DNA of 64,000 nucleotides, taken from Raillietiella orientalis (lineage: Eukaryota). The translations under genes were made by a program, and so were the position numbers. The notes beneath the pieces are model-generated. The model worked only from the letters and a program-made list of their open reading frames with translations. It made no database searches and had not been told where the DNA came from. The DNA lies in the NCBI GenBank assembly GCA_036172245.1, contig JAYWIR010000002.1, positions 1,426,001 to 1,490,000 of the forward strand. The letters run 5' to 3'. This document shows, in pieces, positions 36,086-47,570 of this stretch (position 1 is the first letter of the stretch; each line of letters starts with the position of its first letter).

Positions 36086-39000
36086 CTGCGTTCGATCTGA
36101 GGTGGTCGAAACAAATTCAGAAGAGTGTGGACGTTGTGTCACCCGTCCCCAACAGCGCAGGTGGTGTCTTTATCGGCAACCACGGCACCCAGCCTGGCTG
36201 GCGTAGAGTCCTTCGAGTAACCATGGAGACGCGTGAAAAGTGGGCGCCGCTACAAGTCCTCCAGCCGCCGACGTCGAGAGCGCTGGCGTCGGCAGCTCAG
36301 GCCCCAGCAGTCCCAAGGAGAGCCCTCCTGATATCTGAAACCGCCAGCTGGCCGGGAGGAAGGAGAGCTTTGTTCACTAGCGCCCAGGACACTGCCTGCC
36401 GTAGGGTCACCTAGCACTTTGTTCACAGAGCTGCCGGTCGACTGCCCCCCACGCGCCCTGGTGACCTAACACGCACGGTCTTCTCACCGGTCCACCGACG
36501 GTACACAGAGCGTACCCTTCACAGAAGTTTCTCATCCTGGCTGCCTACTCGCCTACGAGCGTGTGGCGCGCAGCGTCCTTTTCCCCCCTTCTCTCTTCAC
36601 CTTCCAGGTCTCTTCCACTTCCACCTTCCGCGCGGCTTGCGACCTCCCCTTCCCCTGATGTTCGACGAGACTTCTTGGAGCGTCCGTTCCTCCCTGACCT
36701 TTCTCTTTCCGCCCTCTGCACGTAGGCTCTCTCGCATCCGGTCGCACGCCGCCATGAGAAGTGACGTAAGCTTCCCGTGCTTCGCGACCTCTTCCGCGAA
36801 GTGCGTCGTCGCAGCTGGAAGGCTCCCCGACGTGGTGCGGTCCTCGCGGGCGATAGGCGCCCCGCCGAAGGATTTGCTCAACGGGAAGACCCGTTCCCCC
36901 CGCGAAGCTTCCCACAGAGGATTCTCCCTCCGCGTGCAGCGTTTCCTTTTCCTCGAGGGCCAGCAGGCAGATCTCTCCAGCAGCAGGCGGCGGCGAGCCG
37001 GGTGTTGAGTTGCGTCTTCGACACGTGTCGCCCAACTGCCGCATGAGCAAATTTGCTACTTGATCTGCGTCGCGACCGCAGTGCATGCTGCCAATTAGTA
37101 GCTCTTATTAATCAAGTCTGCCAGTGCAGTCGCTTGCAATATGATCGGTTCGTCGGCAAGCACCTCTGGCTGTATCGCTCTTTTAGGAAGTCTTGTCGGT
37201 TTGTCTGCACGCCTCGTGTGCTGGCAGATCGAATCAGCTGGCCTGCAATGCGAAACACGAATTCGAGTTTTCGAGTAACTCCAGCGCTTCGCATGCACTC
37301 AATCAGTCCCGGTATGCCATAAAGACGTGGCGGCGTGCGTCTTCCATCTCGCACAGTCCATCTTGACGACGAAAGAATTTTCTTCGTGTTCTGCGAGTTG
37401 TCGCAGGGCAGAAACTCGCGCTGAAATCACGCTGGCGAGCGCTACCTGGAGATGGTAGGCGAATTGTTCAGTTAGTCTGTTGGTTGTTCAGGAGTGGTGG
37501 TGGACGAGATCGCAGCCTCCTACTTGTATGGCACTATCCTCTTCGATGATAAGCAACGTGCTCTGGTCTTCTGGTACTTGCAGGCAACAACGCAGGGGGT
37601 CAGGGGAAAAATTCTCGAGGCAGAACCACGACCCCGTCTGATAGGGATGATGAGAAAGGCTTGGATCACGCCGTGGTCATCCTGTTCCCTACGCTGGAAA
37701 AATTTAGGTCAAAATAAGCATGTATATGCACATGCTCGCGAGTCGTTCAATAACTTCAGAAACAGTTCCTTCCCAATACCGTTATCATTCATCGAACCTC
37801 CTCGACCCCATACGACTCCTAAGGGAATCGAAGCCTTTTGAACGCTGACAGGGAAACGGGGAGCAGACCCCATCTCGTGGAACGACCCATATCCTCCTCG
37901 CATCGTCACAGCATCCGCGATGCACCGCCAGAAAGGCAGACCGGGGTGTGGCAGCAGGAGACCAAGAAGAATGACATTCGTGAAAACACTACGTCCGTTC
38001 CAACGCTGTGAGAAATCCACGTGAAATACCACCAAAGACAAAGGCATCAAAAGAATGTACAAGCAAAGCGCACCCTTGCGAGGCTGGATGCATTATCATC
38101 AAAAACGGTTGTCATTTGTTAAGAATGCATCACTCTTTGATGTCACTTCCTTTAGTCATTTTAAATGTAATTTCCCAGGGGTAAATTTCCATACATCTCC
38201 GGGATAAGAATGTGTCTTACTGCAATAATTATATGTCACAAAACTTAATTATTTGCACTTCTACACACCGTTCATGGAAAGGGTTTAAAGGAAACTGCAG
38301 GAATAAGGGTGGGAAGAATTAATTTCGATGGAAAACCCAGTTTTCAAATCAACTTTATTTCAAGTGATCTTATTAACTACGTTTCCACAATATATGGTGT
38401 CCTTCCTAATGCAGGCATGCAATTCATTCCCCTTTCACCATTTGTAATCGCTTCTTTATTCAAAATTCGAAAATTCGGTGGCTCCTGCTGCTGCTTTTTT
38501 ACTCACCGATACTCTTTCCATTTTCAACTTACGTGTAAGACCAAAAATAATAAAATACCAAACAATTAGAAAGTTATTTACAAACCAGGTTCATATCATT
38601 TGTGATTTGTGATGGCAGAAAACTGACTACCATTTACACTGAACATTTTTACACTTATAAAACTTCAAAATCATGCAAACTTTTGCATTTCCTAGGAATT
38701 GCAGACTAGCCACCTGATACATGGAGAACTGTCAGCATGTAAACATTACTTCTGAAAAACTCTTTAAAAAACTGAAGCGGCTGCTCAGTTATTGGTGCAT
38801 CATTGGTATCTTAAATCAACAAGGTGGACAAAATGACATGCAGACAACTATTTTCGATATGTTGTATAGTCAATATTTAACAAAGTGCACAACAGCAATG
38901 ATGAGCTTTTTATATACACAAAAGCAATCACATTGTCCAACTTGGCAACAAAAATGCTGGGACAAATCTCCAAGCAAGTAAACATTTAACTAATAATTGG

Positions 39001-39466
39001 TTGTTTTTCACCTTTATACTGGATAAATCTGTGCTTAGTGGAAAATGTGCTTATCAAGTGCGAATCTGTAGAATGCCACAAGTTCATTTCACAATACAAA
39101 CCTTGTCCATTCATGCATCACTCAAGCTACTCTTCATCCAGTTGCATTCCTGTCCAAAAGTCATTTCTGCAATCCATCCATCTGCACCTGTCCAAAGCAA
39201 ATTGCCTACACATAAAAGAGATCAGTTTCATCTTACCTACATTAGCTGAACACCTAAAGCATAATCCTTATTATAAATTAATGATGCAATTAACCATTCA
39301 TCACCCCAACTTGTCACAGTTGCCTCCATTTTTAGACTCCAAAGTGTCAACAGATGTATACACTAAGATGTACCAAAACAATATTTCTGTATTGTCATTT
39401 GACACTTTTAGCTGCCAAAGTTTAACCAGGAAAAAAAAAAAAAACAGCAATCATTGTGTAATGTTT

Positions 39467-40357
39467 TCACTGTGTAGGAGAAAATGGCAATGGGAGTAAA
39501 ATACGAGATCCCATGGTATGGATGAGTGGGACTGTTTTGGCAACACACTTATCCCAACCAGGCTGGCTCCAAGCCTGTTCTCTGCTCTCTTTCCTTTCTT
39601 TCATTGAAGGATATGCTGCAATACAAACTTTCATGATAGTGAAAACTCAAAAGTACATTATTTACCCCATATATGCTGCACCATGGATAGAGGACCTATT
39701 TGAGAAAAAAGTCCTGCATATGGATCTCCTCCTTCTGCTCTGCAGTGTATGCCTTTGGCCCAATTTACTCCCCATTCTACCATTGTCCCTGGTTTTAGTA
39801 TGTAGGTGCGAATCTCATAAAGATTGGTTGGAGGCTTTGGAGTGATAGTTGGCCAAAAATAAAAGGACAGGAGCAATTGAGAAGTACGTGAGCGTAAAAG
39901 AGGCGCACGCTGCTGCTTTAAATTAACATACTCCTGTATAAGCTAGTATTAAATACTGAATGGCTAGCACAAAAAAACAAACCTCATCTTCTCTCATCAA
40001 TTTCATCGCATGGTCTACTGTCTCATAACCACCTAAATATTTCCAGAGGTGAAGAAACTGATCTTGATCTCCAACACCAACCCTCCAGCTACCCAGCAGC
40101 TCTAGAGCCAGATCGTTACGTCTATCAACCACTTGCACAAAATTAGCACTTGACTTGATGTTATAACCACCACTTCAATATACATTTACTTACTAATTTT
40201 CGGTGTATTCTTTCAAGAATTCTGGTTTCACATCATGTGTTTGTAGTTTATATACTGCTTCTTTGTCTGACAGAATACGTGAATGTGGTTCTTTGGAGGC
40301 ATTTTCCGAGGAAAACAGAGTTTTCATCCACCTCTTTGACTGATAGGCACTACGCAT
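39467..40357 (-). CDS. NIPSNAP: NipSnap family mitochondrial protein; exons 40194-~40357, 39983-40148, 39666-39933, 39467-39615; start uncertain
   Basis: In-phase introns of 45, 49 and 50 nt. Motifs KEPHSRILSDKEAVYKLQTHDVKP, ELLGSWRVGVGDQDQFLHLWKY, LYEIRTYILKPGTMVEWG, FSQIG, PGWDKCVAKTVPLI and SRILLPLPFSPTQ*. Confidence 0.93.
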
Positions 40358-40687
40358 ACAAAGCACTTTTTAAGGATCCACTCATCATACCACCGAAATT
40401 ACGCAAAGACATCATTCCTAATAATGACAATATCCTGGAGGCCAGACGTAGCTCTCTCCTAGTGAAAAATTCAACCACTGGCAGAATAACTGGGAAATTA
40501 TGCTTTCGAAAACGGGTTACATCAGCGTAGTGACCTTAGCATTTTAAATCACCGCACTCGTTTGCGTTTTGTGCCGCAACACAAGCATTCATTTGTGTCT
40601 GAATAAGTCTTAACCTCTGCCAAGAGCAAGGTGAGAGAAGCTAACCACAGAAACACTTTCTTTCTTGAATCACTCGAAGGCAAAAGC

Positions 40688-41026
40688 ATGAAAGCTTCTT
40701 CGATGGACTGGTGCTCCAACAGCCCACCAACATGCTCGTGCAAGACTACTACTCACCAGGCCTCCTGGACTCCTCTGGCACTACGTAACATCGACATGGG
40801 ACTGATTGAGGACAGCTTCCTGTGTATCATCTTAAACAACATCCTTTACCATGACAACATCAAATTCGACATAAATCCAAAACTTTCGGTCGGTAATCAG
40901 CTAAAATTTAAAGTGAGAAGATGTGAATCACTTCCATCATTCCACGCTTATCGATTTGAATTTCGCCGTGCCCTCAACGCGACGAAGTTTTCCACGCCAA
41001 ACTATGAAATTCACGTCTTGCATTGA
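40688..41026 (+). CDS. Possible small hypothetical protein (112 aa) preceded by a putative 5' UTR intron at 40631-40679
   Basis: AAG|GTGAGA donor and pyrimidine-rich ..CGAAG acceptor define a 49-nt intron, matching local intron size. It is followed by an ATG and an open frame. No family recognised. Confidence 0.3.
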   Translation: MKASSMDWCSNSPPTCSCKTTTHQASWTPLALRNIDMGLIEDSFLCIILNNILYHDNIKFDINPKLSVGNQLKFKVRRCESLPSFHAYRFEFRRALNATKFSTPNYEIHVLH

Positions 41027-42983
41027 GGACTTTATATCCAACCATTTACAAAAGTCGACAGTTTTGTAAGTTCCTTTTTTACTTTGTAATATGATTGCGC
41101 TTACTGTACAGGTGTCTGATACGTCGCAGTTGAAACCTTAGGGCATGATTTGTTTCTTGCATATGCATGCCATGTGAACATAGCGTGCCCCCCTTTTCAA
41201 AGTTATAATTTGTGGAAATTAGGCATTCAAGATGTTACAAAAAGATCAGTTTTACGTAATTTGCAGTTTAAACGACCTGGAATCAGTATAATTGTCATGC
41301 TATTAATGCTATTCTAATCAGCTGTGGGCTGTTGTGTCAATGATTAAGACATTGGCAAGGAAAACGTGTTTCTGTTAAATGCTTCTCGAAAAAAAAAAAA
41401 AAAAACATTCAGCGACCTCAGCAAGACATCCGAAATCAATGGATTCATTTCAGCCTTCAAGAAATTACGATCACTTTCATCGATGCAGTTTTTCATTTGA
41501 GACTCCTTGATCTCCGTGTCCTGAAAGTGATATCCGAGCAAAAACTCTTGTGAGGCGATTTTGACGATTGCGTGTTTGTTGTTTTTCCTTTTAAATGTAA
41601 ATAACTAATCTAATGAGAATGTTTCTGCTGCTTTAACAACCCTATCGAAATTGAATTCCCCACTAAGAACGCATCTTGACCACGATTCACGGTGATAACG
41701 AAGATAATTTCTTTGAAGCGTCAACGGGAGTCTCATGTTCTAAGCAGTCTGTTCGCAAAGCATAATCAAAGTTTTCGTGAAATGTGTTCCTTGAGATGAG
41801 ATGCTCACTATCTTTCCAGCTTGGATTAGCTCTCTGCCAGGATCAGAATACCATTCCTTTTAAAATAAATTTCAAAATATCCCTAGAGCAGCTGCATTCT
41901 AAAACAAGTCGTGGTCCGGTTGTAATATTAAAGTGTGAAACGTGCCTTTGAAAAAAAAAAAAAAAAAAAACTTCTTATGGAAGCCAGTACCATCATGAGA
42001 ACTCGATGTCCTTTTGCGATTGCAAGAAGGCCTCTGATTAGCCTGCCTAACTTATCAGCTACCTTGTGGCGCTGTCGTCAGGTTATTTTCCCTTACTAAT
42101 CATGACTTAATATCGAGAAAACCTCGCAAAAACCGCTCTCCCACTTTAACCTTGCGCTATCTGTGAAATGCAGGCATTTTGCCTGATCTGCGAACTGTGT
42201 GCGTGCTTCGAAACCCAAGTCGGATGCGACGGCGGGAGTTGATGAATCAACAGCGTCCAGCACTCTCGATCCCGCGAGGAACCTTTCAGTACTTCAAACG
42301 TACAATCTTGAGTACATTTCATTCTGTGGAACTCGGAGTCATGCGTAGGTCACGTAAGACTGCCCTTCACACGAGCCATACCTCCTCAAAGCAGAATATG
42401 TTTCAGGACACTTCGTAAATTTCGGGAACGAATACGTTTTATTTCGCGGGCACTTGTAAGAAAAAAGAAGGATAGATCACCCGTAAATCGATACTTCATT
42501 TACACTTTGAGAAGTGTCCTCGAATTATTTCAAGAGGCGTGTTTCAGGTTCGGAAGGGAACACAAGTATGATAACACCCGCGGAGATGCGTGAAACGAAT
42601 TCCGCCAACCCGGTCGAAAGTGCTGTTTGCCGAGGGAACGCACCCTCAAACGAAATGTGTGGTGTCGCCAAGAGAGTACACCGAACGGTTTCGAATACCT
42701 AGCGTTCCAAATGGTACGCTATACCACATCATACATAAAATACAGCAGCGTATCTGAAACAAGCCATTCATCCATTCGAACGTAATTTCCGTTTGCATGA
42801 CAGAGTTGGACACAACGGCCAAAAAAAAAGAAGTCCATTTCGGGGTAAAACTCTGATCGGGGAATTTACTGCACATTTTTGTGTGAGCTCTTCAGTGAAT
42901 CTTTGATTTTGATTTATCAAAATGATCCCGAAATTCCCACTCCACCCCCCCGTTCTATTCGGCGCGTCTTACCTTCTCTACGA

Positions 42984-44115
42984 ATGTCGTTCTACGCTTT
43001 CAGCGTTTCTCCTCGGAAATGGGTTCGGGGCGATTCAAATGCAGAGTTCGTAAAAAAACGGCAAGAGCTGGAAGAAATCGAGGCAGGTAAAAAGCAAGGT
43101 GTCACGAGTACGTGGTCAGACGGGGTCTTCGATGCCACCAGTTTTAGAGAATGTAAAGCAACTTTCTGGACTTCAGGAAGCTCAGCTGAAACTAAGGGAG
43201 GAGGCGGTCACCAAGAAAAAAAATGAAATGTGGGATGTGATGAAAGCATTCGAGGACTTTTTGAGAGTAACTATTCACAGAAAACAAGCATTTCGAGATT
43301 TCCCAATAAACGATTTACTACCGACAATAGGCGAGGAATGCAAAATACGAAGATGCAAAAGAGAAACTGAAATCCGAAACGAGACTCCTCAACAGAAAGG
43401 ACAAAGAGTTGCTACGGCTTCAGGAACATTTAAACACCCTATTGCGGCGGAAGCAAAAAGAAGAGCAGAATATCAAACGCAATTCCGTATATAAGGTACA
43501 GTCGATTTGCTGAGACATTGCACACACTGCGCTCCCGATTCCAGAAATTTTTGACGAACGCTGGCATGATCTGGGAGAAACATGAACATCCAAATCAGAT
43601 TATATGCCGACACGACCTTTTACTCGACATTCAGAATGCACTCAGCAGACACAGAGCCCTGAACGTTGTGATGGAGCGAACCCTCACCGCAGATATGGAA
43701 AAACAGAAAACAGTTAAGTCATAAAACAGAAATGAGTTACTGCTCTTTCAACCAGGGGAAGGAAAGTGAGATACTGGTCCTTCGACAGAAAGTGGCTCAG
43801 CTGCAAGTCCTGCAAGACCAGTACCAAAGCAGACTGGAGAGGCTCAAGAAAGATTTGTTCAGGATACAAGAGAATACGACAAACCAACAAAGAATCGTGA
43901 ATGCGATACGCATATCTGTCTACTTAATTTTGGATAACTTAATCCAGACACGCAAGTTTTCCAGGCCACCAACGTCCATCCTGGGAACTGACGAACAACT
44001 ACGCATCCTCCACGTGTTGCTGGACGATCTTAAGCAAATCGCTGAGATTGTAGAAAAACTACCGCATACCAGAAGGTCCATCGTTCCATTGGATGGGAGT
44101 TTTCAAAAACCCTGA
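42984..44115 (+). CDS. CCDC42/CFAP73-like (DUF4200) coiled-coil cilium/flagellum protein; exons 42984-43086, 43148-43266, 43331-43495, 43545-43712, 43756-44115; start uncertain
   Basis: Four in-phase GT-AG introns (61, 64, 49, 43 nt). The spliced protein has KKRQELEE, KAFEDFLRARNAK, VYKKFL, IICRHDLL, KESEILVLRQKVAQLQ and TDEQLRILHVLLDDLKQI, following the CCDC42/CFAP73 pattern. Confidence 0.8.
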
Positions 44116-47100
44116 ATCCGAGTCCCAGCACAGTTTCACCACGTCGGTACGAAAACGAATTGGTACCACTGGTTGCGGGCTCAGCAAAGGAATGATGATG
44201 GAATTTGTTGCATTTAATTGGTTAATAACAACAGATAGTGAAAACTTTCGTTATACGTTCCCTTCTCTTGTCTAATGCAATCTGATTCGCCTTGCCGAGT
44301 CAGGAAAGCAATGCTCTGAGCTACTTGAGTAATGCAGTAATTTGTGGGATCTTGGCACTTTCATAATCTTTCTGTAAAGTGTAAACTGGTTTCGAGTTCC
44401 AGAGAGACCCATTTGTTGCATGAAAGATTTGCAACATAGGATGTGTACAACTTAACTTTCAGCAATTCTTTTTTTTTTTTTTTACTATGAATTCAGTGCC
44501 TCTCGAATTTGACTATGCAAGCATCACAAGATTGCCTAAATGGTTTAATTGTACTTTATATACAAAAGCAAGATACTGCCGTAGATACTTGTTCTTTACT
44601 CGTAGAAATAGCGCTTTCATTTCAAAATTCGTTAAGAATCTATTTTTCAGAAGCCTCGAACAAAAAAAAACGTTATCTTTGGGCTCCTGCTTTACAAGTG
44701 TAGTCCACACTGAAATTCATGTCATCAATTTAACCTGTGTGACTTTTTTCCCCAATCTTCAGCTGCAAATTTAAATGAATTATGGGATTAAAAAGGTGAA
44801 CGTTCAGAAAAGGGGGCAGCATTGGTTTGTCTACGCTGCTGGACGTATTCTGATCTGAAACAAGATTCCGGGTCCCCACTTTATTGCTGAACTCTCTCCA
44901 AGGTAAGCGTCCAATCGGTCCAAACCCGGAGCTGACCAGCCAAAGAAGCTGCTGCAGCTAAAAATTCTGTGACGTGATCGTGTAAAACTCATGAAAACTG
45001 CCCCATGATGAGAATCAACTGGCACTTTTCACCTTTTGCATGAGAGGAAACGCTGGATGGAGAAATGTGGGAACATTAGCTACGTCTGTTTGGAGGAGAA
45101 GTGCAAATAGTACAAGCAAGCAAGGCATTGAAGAAAAGAAACGACAGCTTTTGGATGATGTGTGCGTAGGCTTGTGGTGGTCCGAAAGCTGCGTTGAAGG
45201 CTTCAAAGATCCTGCGCAGGTTCTTGCAAAAAGACCTGCGAAGAAAGATTCCAGAATCCAAAAGTCAAGAACGGAAAGGAGCACAGCCACTGCAGGAAAC
45301 AGGGAAGCGCGAAAAATCTCGCATCACAATTGAGAATTCGGGTCCTGAATCCCAAGATTTTGTTGATTTTTCTGACATACTAACCAGACCACTTGAAGGA
45401 AAAAAAAAAGTCGCTTTCACAGAAGTATACATTGCAGCAATGCGAATGAAAAAAAAAAAAAGGCTTGCCATCAGTAATAAAAGCAGTAGCATACTACAGA
45501 ATATCAGTACTTATTTATGCACCATCAACGGAAAATTTTCACCTTAATACAAGAAAATCTTCATGGGCTGATCCGGCTGATCACCAAAGCGACATTTTTT
45601 TGCCAAGAGAGCACAATCTCCATAAAAGTCGTCGTCGGGCACTCTTTCTAATAGTTCGGTGACATCTGCTGCTGTGATCTTCCAGGAAGATCATTTTTCA
45701 GACTCGTCTTCGCCGGGAAGGCGCAAAACTTTCAAACATCCACAAGCCCAACGTGGCTCTCCGATAGGTTTTTTTTCCCTCTTCCTTTCCTCTCCCTCTC
45801 TCAACAATGCTTCGCGCCCTTCCGTGCGCCCAGTTTTCCCAGGCTTCATTTCCTGTTTAGAGTAGCAAAAAGCAAATGGTCAGTGATATAAGAAAAGTCA
45901 CCTGCTTAGTGTTACGAAGATCTCGAGACGATGCTACTTACCACTGGTATTGAGTTAGCAGAGGAACTCATAAAGAACGGGGGGGGTGCAGACATTAAAA
46001 CGCTAATTGGCATGGATTTTTCGTCTACGTGTTCTTTTTCCTACATATTTAAACAGTTGTAAAAGTTTGTTCCTTTTTTTTCGAGTCGAACCTCATTAGG
46101 TGGCTTTAGAAACGAATCGTACAAAGTAAAAAAAAAACAAACAAAAGCCTGGAGAGGAATTCATCTTATTCCTTAAAAAAAAAAATGAACACCGTCATTT
46201 TCAGCCAGTGTAGAACGCACGCGAAACCGAGTTTCAAGTGCGCACAATGATAAAACAGATAAAATGAAGTTTCATGGAATAAGGTGGCGTAGAGAGAGAA
46301 AACTTTGTTTGAAAATTTGCTTTGAGACAGTTTCCTTTCACAGTTTGAAATAGTTTACTTTGAAAAATGCTGTCAACTTCAACAGATAGCATTTGTAACG
46401 TTTTCTTATAGGTCATACTTCCACGTGTGGCAGCCATGATTTGGACTTGCACCTTCCCTTTCCCACTGCATAGAAGCCTTACTGGCGAGATCTACTTCTT
46501 GCGTGTCCATTATTTTTCTCTTGAATTCTCGTTCTTTTGACTGTTTCCAGGTCCCGAGGCATTTCAAGCGCCCGATCGCCGGTTATGCGGGGCTGGAACC
46601 CGGTCGGAAAACGGGAACTAAGGAGAGATCCGACCGGGGAGAAGCGGGAGAGAACTTCGGCTCCGAAAAGGTTTCCTCTGGTTATCTCCCGCCCCAGTGT
46701 GATTTCACCAAACTTCCTGGGTGTATCGCCCATCTAGTTGGCCTGTCATCTTTCGCTGTCGCCTGGAACAACGGCTCATGACATGCTGATATGCACCTCG
46801 GCAAGAACCTTCCGGCAGGACTCGGGTGCAAACACACGCAAACGCACCCGAAACAAAAAAAAGAAAAGCAGAGGCAGAAGGAACGTCCAGAGATGACGTC
46901 CCCCTTCCTCTACCGGTTCGCCGTGGCAACCGCGCTTGGCATGCAACCGACGTATCTCAGACAATGCGAGAAGAACGAGGCCTTTGTGAAGCACCTTCAC
47001 CTCTGGGTACAGAGAGATCGCAGAGGACTCTGGAAGCGCGCACGAAGGCTGCTCATTGGTTCGGCTGATTTGCATGAATTTTCATTCTTCTCTCTCCCTC

Positions 47101-47349
47101 CTTCCCCCTCCCCCTCGCCTCCGCCCATGGGCATTATTCCGGAGAATACACGAAATGGGATCCTCGCGTTGTAAAACCCGGTAGTCTTTTGTGTCCGTCT
47201 GCGCGTCACTTCAGGGCGTGAAGCTTTTGAGGCTCTCTCGTCTCCCGCAGTCGCATGAAAGAACCATCTTCGTCGCGCCATAAAGGCAGGAATGCAGGTG
47301 CTTTTCCTTTCCCTGCTTTGCAGCAGCTCTGGCGCGAGAGCTGCTTCTC

Positions 47350-47570
47350 GTCCCATTGGCAGGAGCAGCACCAGTTCCCCCTCCCCCGCGAGCGTCCCGT
47401 CGCTTTGTCGAGCCCTCCACCCGTCCCAAAGATCCGAGCGAGGAAGGAGAGGGGGCGGTGGCTGTAGGCCACGCGAGGGTCTCCCGGTGGCAGGGGACGG
47501 TGAGGTCGTCGAATTCAAGGGGGGCGACTGGGTGTGGCGGAGTGGTGCCTGACGCAAGAGGACTGGGAAC
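47350..47570 (-). repeat. Dispersed repeat copy 1 (inverted relative to 49860-50105)
   Basis: The reverse complement aligns closely with 49860-50105, e.g. CGACCTCACCGTCCCC..ACCGGGAGACCCTCGCGTGG..TTGGGACGGGTGGAGGGCTCGACA. Confidence 0.85.

Noticed and set aside
41344-42420. Minus-strand exon-like pieces (EWYSDPGRELIQAGKI; DTEIKESQMKNC...)
   Set aside because: Could be a real gene, but I could not join them into a consistent open frame.
44700-45750. Minus-strand exon-like pieces downstream of the CCDC42-like gene
   Set aside because: Splice-like signals are present, but there is no recognisable protein or unique model.
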